The position numbers and the translations under genes were made by a program. Below the pieces are notes generated by a model. That model had not been told where the DNA came from. It did not search any database and saw only the letters and a program-made list of their open reading frames with translations. Positions 10,217 through 19,928 of a DNA stretch of 64,000 nt are shown piece by piece (within the stretch, counting starts at the first letter, position 1; each line of letters starts with the position of its first letter). Source of the DNA: Roseibacillus sp. (lineage in GTDB: Bacteria; Verrucomicrobiota; Verrucomicrobiia; Verrucomicrobiales; Akkermansiaceae). The stretch is taken from positions 64,001 to 128,000 of the forward strand of contig CBDEUM010000013.1 of the NCBI GenBank assembly GCA_965242925.1, written 5' to 3'.

Positions 10217-11961
10217 GGGATGGAAACAATGGGAATGGCAATGGGATCTTCAGCAGTAATACGCTGAGTGATGGTCAGCCTGAAATTTTGGGAAAATCGT
10301 TCTTCCGGTTTCATTCCGCCATCCGGTTTGAAGCGTTTGTTCTCCGAAGTCAGGAGGTTCACCAGAAGAGTGCGGGAGGACAGGTCCGTCCGAAGGGAAT
10401 CGTTGCCAGTATGCTTCCGGACAACCTCAAAGACTTTCCCCATTCCCTCGGTGGTACTGATCACAGTGAGGTGATTCAGGGCCTCCGAGTTAGCGAGCCC
10501 GGTGATGGTCCACTCCTTAATCACGCCCGCCTTCTTGTCCTTTTCGTTAACCACTTCCGGTCGCACCCGGTGAGTGGTTTCAGAGAGAATGACGCTCTCC
10601 GGATCCGGAAAGAGATGGTTTACGAGCTCCATGGATACCCAGGCCTTGGAACGGTCGGCGAGCAGGGAGCTCCATTGCTCATATCGGCGGATCTCCGAAG
10701 CGAGAACCTTGTTGCCTTCGCGGGAGACCTCGCCGGTCTGATTCCAGGCTTCGTCATTGATGATCCTCACGGTCCGAATCCCGGTCCAGGACAGGAAAAG
10801 GACCAGCGCCACGGCACCAATCCGCAGGGCCACTGACCCGTAGCGGAGGATCTTCATCTCGGTTTGAGAGGGACAGAGTTCCACCTCTTCCACGGTGGCC
10901 GGGAGAAAATCCTGGGTCGCCCACTTCTGCTCAGCCATCCCCCGGAAGGTCTCGGAAGCAGCCAATCCTTCCGCCTGATCAGCGATCAGGAGACTGGCAG
11001 GGCCTTGGAACTCAAGCGGCACCTCGGGATCAAACCAGGCGCTCTCACGCCAGTTGAGGGTCACGGCCCCAGGCAGTTCGGGGAGATCAGAATCCGTCTC
11101 CTCGTGGGACAGGGGAAGGATGTAGACCAGTGGCTCGGGCAGTTCGAGTGCAGCGGCCATGGTCTGCATGATCCGCCCCACGTGTGGAGGAGCCCCCCCC
11201 GCATGATGCCGAACGGACCGGAGCATGACGAGATCCCCCTCTGCGGTGAAAAAGGCGATTACGGAGAAGGACGAATAAGAAAACAGGATACTGAACGGCT
11301 CGGAAGGCAACTGGGAAGCTAATTGCGGCAGGGCGGCCAAGGCCACCAGGGGAGCGCTCAGGGCGCAGGTGCGGATGGGAAAGTTAAGGGTTTCGCCAAT
11401 CGTCCGGATCTGGCGAAGGTAGTCATGACACTTGCGGGAAATCGTAATGGCCGAGCCGAATAGTTGGCCTGGCCTGGCACCAGGATAAGGAAAGAGCCGG
11501 AAAGAAAGCTCCTCCGTTGAGATCCTGTGATCCTCCAGGACCTCCTGGGGAGCACTGGTGACCTGATCGCTCAGAGCTCTCAGGTCCTCGGGGCGCTCGT
11601 TGGCGCGAGCGAGCTCCGAGATGGCGAATTCGTCCGCCAGATGGAGGATCACGGCAAGGGAACGCGGCTTCCCGTTGAATTCTCCGCGAATCTCCGAGAG
11701 ATACTCCCTCAGCTCCTCCTCACTTGCCTGCAGGGAAGGCGCGCTCACCCGGACCCAGTTCTTTCTGTCCTCCTTTCCAGAACAAATGCAGGCCTCCGAA
11801 ACTTCCTCGCCTTCGAGGAACAAGTGGAGTTGACACTCCAGCTCAAGAGCATTGCTGTACCAGTCAGGGTTCTTCGAGCGGGTGGTCTCACGGTGGAGAC
11901 CACGGGCCTGAAGGAACCGTTGCCAGGCAGAGAGCTGAGCTGGGTGGATCAGGGTTTCCAT
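10213..11961 (-). CDS. PilM-PilN fusion / GspL-like alignment protein
   Basis: ~370 aa cytoplasmic region, a DFLP motif before a single TM, then a PilN-like periplasmic region (WTITGLANS). The track's start at 11982 is also possible. Confidence 0.55.
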   Translation of the reverse strand: METLIHPAQLSAWQRFLQARGLHRETTRSKNPDWYSNALELECQLHLFLEGEEVSEACICSGKEDRKNWVRVSAPSLQASEEELREYLSEIRGEFNGKPRSLAVILHLADEFAISELARANERPEDLRALSDQVTSAPQEVLEDHRISTEELSFRLFPYPGARPGQLFGSAITISRKCHDYLRQIRTIGETLNFPIRTCALSAPLVALAALPQLASQLPSEPFSILFSYSSFSVIAFFTAEGDLVMLRSVRHHAGGAPPHVGRIMQTMAAALELPEPLVYILPLSHEETDSDLPELPGAVTLNWRESAWFDPEVPLEFQGPASLLIADQAEGLAASETFRGMAEQKWATQDFLPATVEEVELCPSQTEMKILRYGSVALRIGAVALVLFLSWTGIRTVRIINDEAWNQTGEVSREGNKVLASEIRRYEQWSSLLADRSKAWVSMELVNHLFPDPESVILSETTHRVRPEVVNEKDKKAGVIKEWTITGLANSEALNHLTVISTTEGMGKVFEVVRKHTGNDSLRTDLSSRTLLVNLLTSENKRFKPDGGMKPEERFSQNFRLTITQRITAEDPIAIPIVSIP

Positions 11962-12042
11962 GGCGGGGAAGATTTCCAGCAATCCTGACGAGTCAGAGGG
12001 ATCGGACCTCGAATGACTCGGTCTGAGAGTCTGGGCACATCA

Positions 12043-12081
12043 CCGGAACCGGCGCCGGGTTTCTCCAGCGCCGATCTCCGG
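12043..12081 (-). terminator. GC-rich stem-loop downstream of the pilin gene (transcript stabiliser/attenuator)
   Basis: Minus strand CCGGAGATCGGCGCTGG-AGAAAC-CCGGCGCCGGTTCCGG; no U-tract. Confidence 0.5.
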
Positions 12082-12092
12082 AGATTAACTTC

Positions 12093-12497
12093 TTACCAGT
12101 CGCCGTAATCGGATGGGACGTGCTTCTCCGATCCGGACAGCGAGCAGCTCGCGTAGAGAGCGCCTGATAGCGGGAGCGAGTCGTCCATAAACGCGTATTG
12201 GCCAGTACCGGGGCACTGGGGAACACTTTCCACGAACTTGCCGGGACCGATGATCTCGCTCTTGGCATTGGCAACGATGTCACCAGCACTGTGGCCGTTC
12301 ATGTTCTGGAAGGAACGCATTCCTTGTTGGACGTTACGGATGTTCATGATGCATCCGGCACGGTCAGAACCCCTTTTCCAGGCGCGTGCGCCGACGAAAA
12401 GGATACTGATCAGTGAAAGAAGTACAAGGATCACGACCGTCAACTCAATGAGGGTCATCCCGGACTTCCTGGCTTTTTGGGTGTATGTCAGTGTCAT
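12093..12497 (-). CDS. Type IV pilin, probable major pilin
   Basis: KSG|MTLIELTVVILVLLSLISILFVGARAWKRGSDRAGC; three Cys; followed by a stem-loop. Start placed at MTLTYTQK; the track's start at 12539 is less likely. Confidence 0.9.
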   Translation of the reverse strand: MTLTYTQKARKSGMTLIELTVVILVLLSLISILFVGARAWKRGSDRAGCIMNIRNVQQGMRSFQNMNGHSAGDIVANAKSEIIGPGKFVESVPQCPGTGQYAFMDDSLPLSGALYASCSLSGSEKHVPSDYGDW

Positions 12498-12565
12498 TGT
12501 TTCTTGTCTGTTTCGGTTGATGATGCGCACAAGGCGCATGTTAGCGAGGCTCCCGAAAACACCGG

Positions 12566-13828
12566 TCAGATTTCATCTTCATCGTTCCGGTTCATTCGAG
12601 CGCTCTCATAAGTCTGGTCATCGATGTCACCGCGCCCGAGCAGGTTGCGCAGACTGTCATCCCACGAGATGTTGCCGGCGCGGCGAATCACATCTTCCAG
12701 CGAATTCGCTCCGGAGGTGTAATTCGCAATCGCACTGGCCACCGCATCATTGTTGTTTTGAAGAAATTCGTAGGTCAGAACCCTCTTCCCGTTCAGGCCC
12801 TTCAGAAGACCCTGGGAGTGAATGAAGATCAGCATCTCGCTCAGGCGGCTGAGAACGGAATGAAACTTCTCATGGGGATACATTTCCAGGATTCGGCCCA
12901 TGGTCTTCACTGCCCCGGTGGTGTGGAGAGTGGAGAGAACCAGGTGACCGGTCTGGGCAGCTTCCAGACAGGTGTCCATGGCATCGCGATCCCGAATTTC
13001 CCCAAGAAGAATGATGTGGGGGGCCTTCCGCAGGACATCCTTGAGGCCCTGGCGGTAGCTGGCCACGTCACGGCCCACTTCCTGTTGAGTGATGATAGTC
13101 GGTGACATGGCCCGATGACCGGGATAGTTGGGATGCTCCATGTCCGCCTGATAGCGATATTCGACCGGATCCTCGATCGTGACAATGTGCTTGGGCGACG
13201 ACTGGCGGAGCCAGTCCATGAGAGAGGCCAACGTGGTCGACTTCCCGGAACCGGTCGGCCCGGTGACCAGGCAAAGGCCGGCCCGCCGAGAGACCGCCTG
13301 CCGCAACGAAGCCGCGGTATCAGGATCGATTCCCAGCACGTCGAGGGGTGGTATCTTATCGCTCAGTATCCGGCAGGTTATGCCCAGCCCCGAAGCAGAA
13401 AGGTGTGCCTGGATCCGCAGCCGCCCTGAAACCCTGCTACCATTGGCAAACTGCACCCCATCGGCCGAAAAATCGTCTACCCGGGTTTCCTGGAAGCGCT
13501 GGAGCGCGCGTGCAATCTTATCATCCGAACGACTGGCGCGATCATTCCCACCAAACCCATGACCGGATTCTTCCTGCCGGCGAACCAGTTCCTTGTAGAT
13601 CTCCAGGAGATCGCGATCGGAAAGGAATCCCAGGAAATCAAGGCATTCCATCCCATGGTTGGTTTCAACGTAGATAGGGCGCTTGGCGCGGAACTGAATA
13701 TCGGAAACACCGCGTCCCTCGCAGGCCTCCAGCGAGACCGCGAGAAGTTCCTCCCCGGACATGCCTGGCTGGAAGACCCGCAATTGCGGAGCCTCCGGCA
13801 GGACCGGCGGTTGCTGGATCGCACTCAT
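12566..13828 (-). CDS. pilT: Type IV pilus retraction ATPase (PilT/PilU family)
   Basis: VSDIQF, GPTGSGKSTT, TIEDPVEY, LRKAPHIILLGEIRD, AAQTGHLVLSTLHT; no Zn-binding motif. Confidence 0.85.
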   Translation of the reverse strand: MSAIQQPPVLPEAPQLRVFQPGMSGEELLAVSLEACEGRGVSDIQFRAKRPIYVETNHGMECLDFLGFLSDRDLLEIYKELVRRQEESGHGFGGNDRASRSDDKIARALQRFQETRVDDFSADGVQFANGSRVSGRLRIQAHLSASGLGITCRILSDKIPPLDVLGIDPDTAASLRQAVSRRAGLCLVTGPTGSGKSTTLASLMDWLRQSSPKHIVTIEDPVEYRYQADMEHPNYPGHRAMSPTIITQQEVGRDVASYRQGLKDVLRKAPHIILLGEIRDRDAMDTCLEAAQTGHLVLSTLHTTGAVKTMGRILEMYPHEKFHSVLSRLSEMLIFIHSQGLLKGLNGKRVLTYEFLQNNNDAVASAIANYTSGANSLEDVIRRAGNISWDDSLRNLLGRGDIDDQTYESARMNRNDEDEI

Positions 13829-14432
13829 GGGGAGTTAAAGAGCGACCTGCAACGAGCGGAAACGATCTCCCGGGGATTCCTCGGGATCTGCGCTCCGCCG
13901 TCTGGGTAAGGGTGAGACCAGAGGGACTGCATCAGCTAGTTGTCAGTTCTGTTGAGTATCGCTATATTACTTGCCGTAGGGCCCTCTCCTGCTGGTAGAT
14001 GGCCCCCATGTGATGGGGTGGGCGCCAACCATCTCCAGTCGGTTAAATATGTGGAAATCCTGAGTGGATTTGGTGGTGGTAGTAGTACGAACCCGGTTGA
14101 ACTGATCTGGGACAACCCAAATCACCAGACTGTGGCCCACCCGCATCCCAAAGGAGGCTGATTCCTGCAGTTCCAGATAGTTTGGAGTCACAAATACTCA
14201 TCCGTCACCAATTACTAATTGAAATTAACTAAATATTCAATCTTTTTTATCTTTACCGTGTTAATTACTTTCGGATGCTCCCAATTTTCGATCCCTGCCT
14301 CCACCAGAAAGAGACGTAAGAAATTCATTATAAGAGCATTCCGTGATTTTACGGCTCCAGGTCTGATTTTCCCATACTCTCTAATTTTCTGTGAATTTCA
14401 GACCCCTCCCTGCCTAATCCGGGCACAAGAAC

Positions 14433-14468
14433 AAAAAAAAACCGGCTCTCGCCGAAGGCTAGAGCCGG
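14433..14468 (-). terminator. Rho-independent terminator of ppdK
   Basis: Minus strand CCGGCTCT-AGCCTTCGGCG-AGAGCCGG followed by T9. Confidence 0.85.
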
Positions 14469-14495
14469 AAATAGAGTGTTTTCGACCAACTGGGG

Positions 14496-17273
14496 CTAGG
14501 AGATCTCACCACGGGCCAGTCCCCGCTCCTCAAGCACGGCTTGGGCCGCTGCCAGCTTGGCAATCGGGATGCGGAACGGACTGCAACTCACATAGTTAAG
14601 CCCGGTTCGGTGGAAGAATTTCACCGAGGCGGGGTCCCCTCCGTGCTCTCCACAGATACCGATCTTGAGCTTCTCCTTGGTCTGACGGCCACCCTTAACC
14701 CCCATTTCAACGAGTTGCCCAACCCCCGTCTGGTCCAGACTCGCAAAAGGGTTGGTGCTCACCACCTCGGCATCCTGGTAATCAGGCAGGAAGGAGCTGG
14801 AATCATCCCGGCTGAGACCGAGACAGGTCTGAGTCAGATCGTTCGTTCCAAAGCTGAAGAAGGCCGCATGCTTCGCCACATCGGCGGCGGTAAGCGCAGC
14901 ACGGGGAATTTCGATCATGGTTCCCACCTGGTATTTCAGCTGACTGGCCTTGAGGCCGCGTTTCTTGCGTACCTCGGCGGCGGCCTCGTCGATCACCGCC
15001 TTCTGAAGTTCGAGTTCCTTCTCGTAACTCACCAGCGGAACCATGATTTCGGGCAGAACCTTGATTCCCCTGGACTGCACCTCGGCGGCTGCTTCAAGAA
15101 TCGCAGTGGCCTGCATTCTCGTAATCTCCGGGTAGACAATCCCGAGACGGCAACCACGGTGCCCGAGCATCGGGTTTTCCTCATGGAGAGCCTTGATGCG
15201 ACTCTTGATCGCTGCGGGGGTGACCTTGATCTTCTTGGCAAGAGCCTTGATCTGGGTCGGCGTCATGGTGCCGATGAACTCATGAAGCGGCGGATCAAGG
15301 AGGCGAATGGTAGCGGGACGTCCCTGGAGAGCACTGAAGATTCCCACGAAGTCCTTTTTCTGGTAGGGGAGGAGTTTCCTGAGGGCCTTGGCGCGACCTG
15401 CATCATCTTCTGCCAGAATCATCTGGCGCACCGCATCGATGCGATTGCCCTCGAAAAACATGTGTTCGGTCCGGGTGAGGCCAATTCCTTCCGCCCCAAA
15501 CTTGACCGCGTTCTTAACCTGGCCCGGGGTATCGGAATTCGTACGCACACCCAGTTTTCGGAGTCTGTCGGCCCAGCCCATGAGCTGCTCGAATTTCTTG
15601 TAAGTCGCACTGCGCTTGGCCGCGGCCTTGTTCTCCAGAAGCCCCTGAATGACCTGCGACGGCGAGGTTTTCAGCTCTCCGGCATAAACATTACCCACAA
15701 ATCCATTGAGCGAGAGGTAGTCACCCTCCTTCAGGGTCACCCCGTGTCCGCTGAGTGTCTTTCTGACATAGTCAATATCCATGTCATGGGCACCACAGAC
15801 GCAGACCTTGCCCATCTGGCGGGCCACCAGAGCGGCGTGTGAGGACGCTCCTCCACGGGTCGTCAGGATTCCCTCCGCTGCAATCATTCCACGCAAATCC
15901 TCGGGAGATGTCTCCTGTCGGGTAAGGATCACCTTCTGCCCCTTGGCGGCAGCTGCCACCGCGGCATCCGCGGTGAAGTAAATATGTCCACTTGCTGCGC
16001 CGGGTCCGGCAGGAAGCCCCCTGCCGATCTTGGACGCCTGGCGCTCAGCAGCCGAGTCAAAGATGGGAGCAAGGAGATGGCTGAGATCTTCGGCAGGGAT
16101 GCGCAGGATCGCCTCTTCCTTTGAGATGAGACGCTCTTTCACCATGTCCAGGGCGATATTCACCGCCGCAAAGCCGGTGCGTTTTCCGTTGCGGGTCTGC
16201 AACATCCAGAGACGCCCCTCCTCGATAGTGAATTCGACATCCTGAACATCGCGGAAATGCTTCTCAAGAATCTTGCGGATCTTGAGGAGTTCCTTGAAGG
16301 AGCCTGGCAGGTCCTTGGCCATCCGGGCCACCTGCTTGGGAGTGCGGACTCCGGCAACCACATCCTCACCCTGAGCATCGATCAGGTACTCACCGTAAAA
16401 AACATTCTCGCCCGTGGCCGGATCGCGCGTGAAGGCCACTCCCGTCCCGGAGTTCCTGCCCGTATTCCCGAAGACCATGGCCTGCACGTTCACGGCAGTC
16501 CCCCACTCCGCCGGGATCCCGTATTTCTGGCGATAGACCTTGGCCCGGTCATTGTTCCAGGAATTAAAGACCGCGTTGACCGAGCCATGCAGCTGCTCCA
16601 TGGAATCCTCAGGAAAAGCCCGGCCGGCCCGCTTTCGGATCAGCTTCTTGAACTCTGCAATGACCCAGCGGAGGTCCGCCTCCTGCAGTCCAGAATCGTC
16701 TTGAACCCCTGCCTTGGCCTTGGCCTTGTCGAGGATAACCTCATAGGGATCGTGATGCTCGTGGGCGTGTGCCTCTACTCCCATCACCACACTGCCGTAC
16801 ATCTGCAGGAAGCGTCGATAGCTGTCCCAGGCAAACTTTGCGTTGCCTGTCCTGGCCGCGAGAGCCTCCGCCACCTCGTCGTTGATCCCGAGATTCAGCA
16901 CCGTATCCATCATCCCAGGCATTGACTCACGCGCTCCGGAACGCACAGAGAGAAGGAGCGGGTTGTTGAGATCCCCAAACTTCTTGCCCATTACCTTCTC
17001 GATCTTGGCAATGTTGGAGCGGATCTCCGCTTCAAGGGTGGCGGGCCAGTTCTTCTTATGATCGTAGTAATAAGTGCAGACCTCGGTCGTCAGGGTGAAT
17101 CCTGCTGGAACGGGAATCCCGATCCGGCTCATTTCGGCGAGATTTGCGCCCTTTCCCCCGAGAAGGGCTTTCTGGGAACCATCTCCATCGGCCTTGCTCC
17201 CACCAAAAAAGTAGATGTACTTCTTGGATTTGCGGGCCTTTGATTTGCGGGCGATCTTGCGTTTGGTTGCCAT
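14496..17273 (-). CDS. ppdK: Pyruvate, phosphate dikinase
   Basis: [40 protein letters not shown] (phospho-His), [21 protein letters not shown]. Confidence 0.97.
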   Translation of the reverse strand: MATKRKIARKSKARKSKKYIYFFGGSKADGDGSQKALLGGKGANLAEMSRIGIPVPAGFTLTTEVCTYYYDHKKNWPATLEAEIRSNIAKIEKVMGKKFGDLNNPLLLSVRSGARESMPGMMDTVLNLGINDEVAEALAARTGNAKFAWDSYRRFLQMYGSVVMGVEAHAHEHHDPYEVILDKAKAKAGVQDDSGLQEADLRWVIAEFKKLIRKRAGRAFPEDSMEQLHGSVNAVFNSWNNDRAKVYRQKYGIPAEWGTAVNVQAMVFGNTGRNSGTGVAFTRDPATGENVFYGEYLIDAQGEDVVAGVRTPKQVARMAKDLPGSFKELLKIRKILEKHFRDVQDVEFTIEEGRLWMLQTRNGKRTGFAAVNIALDMVKERLISKEEAILRIPAEDLSHLLAPIFDSAAERQASKIGRGLPAGPGAASGHIYFTADAAVAAAAKGQKVILTRQETSPEDLRGMIAAEGILTTRGGASSHAALVARQMGKVCVCGAHDMDIDYVRKTLSGHGVTLKEGDYLSLNGFVGNVYAGELKTSPSQVIQGLLENKAAAKRSATYKKFEQLMGWADRLRKLGVRTNSDTPGQVKNAVKFGAEGIGLTRTEHMFFEGNRIDAVRQMILAEDDAGRAKALRKLLPYQKKDFVGIFSALQGRPATIRLLDPPLHEFIGTMTPTQIKALAKKIKVTPAAIKSRIKALHEENPMLGHRGCRLGIVYPEITRMQATAILEAAAEVQSRGIKVLPEIMVPLVSYEKELELQKAVIDEAAAEVRKKRGLKASQLKYQVGTMIEIPRAALTAADVAKHAAFFSFGTNDLTQTCLGLSRDDSSSFLPDYQDAEVVSTNPFASLDQTGVGQLVEMGVKGGRQTKEKLKIGICGEHGGDPASVKFFHRTGLNYVSCSPFRIPIAKLAAAQAVLEERGLARGEIS

Positions 17274-17650
17274 CGTTAGAAGGGAGTAAATCTGGTTGCA
17301 AAGGGGGTTGCGCGTTGGGGGGAATCAAAGTGCCCGGCCCGAACGGGCGCGCACCTTAGCAACCGTTTGAAGACTGTCAATCAGCCAGTTGCGCCCTGAA
17401 TAATAGTGGTTCGACCCCCTCAGCTTTCTCCCCCATGCGCCCATCTTCCACCGCCAGAAGGCCCTGTCGGGCGGCGGAACAATATACAACCTCCGTCACC
17501 CGTTCTCCCCCCCACCGCCGGCAAGTTAGTTCAACAGCTTTAGAATTCAGCCTCTGATCTCTGGAAATTTCGCCCTTCTCTTCGGATTGCTATTGCCAAG
17601 AAACCTCACCCGACGCTATCGGTGCACCTGTGCAACGCTAAACCTAGATC

Positions 17651-18085
17651 ATGAGCATTATTCCAACCATCAGTTCAGGCACCGCAGGTCCTCTCGGTGT
17701 GCAGCATCTCCCGCGCCTCTGGCAGAAAGCTTCGCTCGACGCAGCTGGCAAACTTCATCCCGACTACCCCGCCGCCGGCGCAGGCTTTGATCAGATGACC
17801 CTCGATGCCCTGGGCATCGATCGTCAGACGTTCCTCGACTACATCGGAGCCGAGAAACCAAGCTACGTCGCTTGCGAGGCCTGGTGCCAGTCCAACGGAA
17901 ACGCGGATGCCGGCGCGATCGCCGCTCACAACGCAGCGGTTGACGGTTATAACCACGACGACGACACCCGGAACGGCATTCTCAGTGCGGTCGGCCTCTC
18001 CGCCGATGCGGGTATCCTCGACGCAGTGAACCTCAACAACCTTGAGGACTGGAACGACTTCCACGGCGCTGAAATCGCCGGATAG
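17651..18085 (+). CDS. DUF5069-like protein
   Basis: GPLGVQHLPRLWQKASLDAAGKLHPDY...GFDQMTLDALGID pattern recalled for DUF5069; strong codon bias; terminator follows. Confidence 0.7.
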   Translation: MSIIPTISSGTAGPLGVQHLPRLWQKASLDAAGKLHPDYPAAGAGFDQMTLDALGIDRQTFLDYIGAEKPSYVACEAWCQSNGNADAGAIAAHNAAVDGYNHDDDTRNGILSAVGLSADAGILDAVNLNNLEDWNDFHGAEIAG

Positions 18086-18113
18086 TCCAGGTCCCAGACG
18101 TAAATATTCAAGT

Positions 18114-18146
18114 GAGAGAGCCCCGCGATTGCGGGGCTCTTTCTCT
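18114..18146. terminator. Bidirectional terminator between convergent genes
   Basis: AGAGCCCCGC-GATT-GCGGGGCTCT followed by TTCTCT. Confidence 0.75.
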
Positions 18147-18195
18147 TGGGGGAAATCCCCTGGCCTGGAATCTGAAACCTGTGCCTCCGGCTCTC

Positions 18196-19086
18196 TCAGG
18201 ATCCGTGCCGTCCCGGGAAGGTCAGTTCGGCGACCCCGGACTTGTCCAGGTCCCCAAGCCCTTCCGCGGTCATCCTGTCATACTGTGCCTTGGTCGCATC
18301 GTTGACAGGCAGGCTCAGGCCTGCCTCCTGTGCCAGGGCCTGCGCGATCCCGGAGTCCTTGGCAGCATGCTCGGCTGAAAACCAGCACTCGTGATCGCGA
18401 TCGATCATGTCCTCGGAATCCGTCTCCAGTACGCGCGAGTTGGCGCCGGTCTGGGAAAAGATTTCACAGATCAACCCGAGATCGAGCCCCAGGGCCGTGG
18501 CCAGGCCGAGACCTTCTGCCAGACCAGCCGTGTTGATGTTCATCACCATGTTCACCAGTGCCTTCACCTTGGCGGCCTGTCCAGCCTCTCCGCAGTGGCG
18601 CAGGTTCAGGGAGAGGTCATCAAGAAGTGCCCGGTGACTGTTGAAGACTTCCTCCTCCCCTCCGATCATGAGGTAGAGGTTGCCTTCCCGTGCATGACTG
18701 ATGCTTGAAGCCATGGCACCTTCCAGCACCGCGGCCCCGAGCTCCTTGCCCGCATTGTATACTTCGCGGTGCGCGCCTGGAGAGAGCGTGGCGCAGTTGA
18801 TGAAGGTCTTGCCCCCCGCATTCTGCAACAGATTGTCCCCCTCCGTAAAATAGATCGCACGCATGGCCTCGTCGTTCGTGACCACGGTGATGATGACGTC
18901 CGCGGCGGCGGTGACCTCGGCGAGGTTCCCACAGTTCGCGGCGCTCAGTTCTTCCGCAAGAGAGGCGGCGATCTCCTTGTTGATATCATAGACCGCGGTC
19001 ACATCGTGGCCGCAATCGAGTTGCAGGTGGCGGGCCATGTTGGCGCCCATCCGTCCCACTCCGACAAATGCTACTTTCTGGCTCAT
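18196..19086 (-). CDS. NAD(P)-dependent oxidoreductase, 3-hydroxyisobutyrate dehydrogenase/6PGDH family
   Basis: VAFVGVGRMGANMA Rossmann motif; catalytic KALVN. Confidence 0.9.
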   Translation of the reverse strand: MSQKVAFVGVGRMGANMARHLQLDCGHDVTAVYDINKEIAASLAEELSAANCGNLAEVTAAADVIITVVTNDEAMRAIYFTEGDNLLQNAGGKTFINCATLSPGAHREVYNAGKELGAAVLEGAMASSISHAREGNLYLMIGGEEEVFNSHRALLDDLSLNLRHCGEAGQAAKVKALVNMVMNINTAGLAEGLGLATALGLDLGLICEIFSQTGANSRVLETDSEDMIDRDHECWFSAEHAAKDSGIAQALAQEAGLSLPVNDATKAQYDRMTAEGLGDLDKSGVAELTFPGRHGS

Positions 19087-19103
19087 GGTGTCTTATTCTT
19101 ACT

Positions 19104-19928
19104 TTACTTGAATTCCGGGTAGAAGGGATTGTGGGCCTTTTCCTCACCCACCGTCGTCATCGGCCCGTGTCCCGGACAGATGATGGTGTCATCCTGAAGG
19201 GTGAATAGTTCAGCCCGGTTCGTCGTCAGGGCGTCCTGGTAGGAAACCAGGCCTCCTCCCATCGACTGTGCGAAGAGAGCATCTCCCACAATCGCCACAG
19301 GCCGCGCCAGGCCGTTAATCACGTAGGTCGTGCCACCCGGTGAATGACCCTTGGTGAGCCGCGTGGAGACCCGCAACGTCCCCACCGAGAAAGCATCCCC
19401 CGGTTGAAACCGGGTTGCCTCCGCCACCGGTTCAAGGGCGCCCACGAAGGTCTTCACCTCTGGATTGTACGACTCCACCACAGCCCGGTCCATGATGTGG
19501 TCGAGATGGGTGTGGGTGAGGAAGAGTTGCGTGAGTTTCAGGTCAAGTTCCTTAACAAGCCCGATTGCCCCGCCTGCATCCGTTCCGGTATCGAACAGTG
19601 CGGCCTCCCGGGAAGTGGGATCCCACACCAGATAGTTATTCACCGTCATGTCATCATAGACGGTGTTGTACTGGCACAGGCCCTCCAGTTCGACCGGCTC
19701 CGGCGTCCATGCTTCCTTGGCACGCTCCACCAGAGTATCCGCATCCAGCCCGAGGGGCGAGGCGACCTTGCGCAGAGCATCCTCCTCGAACTCGCCGTCT
19801 TTCAGTTTCGCGATGGTCTCCTCGGGCACGCCCGTCAGGAACTCCAGAACCCCGTCTGCGATTCCGGTGCCCCGCAGCGCTTTCCCGAGAACATCCTCGA
19901 AATTATCTTCCAGGGAGATGCTGGTCAT
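19104..19928 (-). CDS. MBL-fold metallo-hydrolase (glyoxalase II-like) with N-terminal helical extension
   Basis: THTHLDH, GHSPG, GDALF, PGHGP, EKAHNPF motifs. Confidence 0.9.
   Translation of the reverse strand: MTSISLEDNFEDVLGKALRGTGIADGVLEFLTGVPEETIAKLKDGEFEEDALRKVASPLGLDADTLVERAKEAWTPEPVELEGLCQYNTVYDDMTVNNYLVWDPTSREAALFDTGTDAGGAIGLVKELDLKLTQLFLTHTHLDHIMDRAVVESYNPEVKTFVGALEPVAEATRFQPGDAFSVGTLRVSTRLTKGHSPGGTTYVINGLARPVAIVGDALFAQSMGGGLVSYQDALTTNRAELFTLQDDTIICPGHGPMTTVGEEKAHNPFYPEFK

Noticed and set aside
13940..14599. Small ORFs in the pilT-ppdK intergenic region
   Set aside because: Atypical composition, one crosses the ppdK terminator, and none has recognisable motifs.
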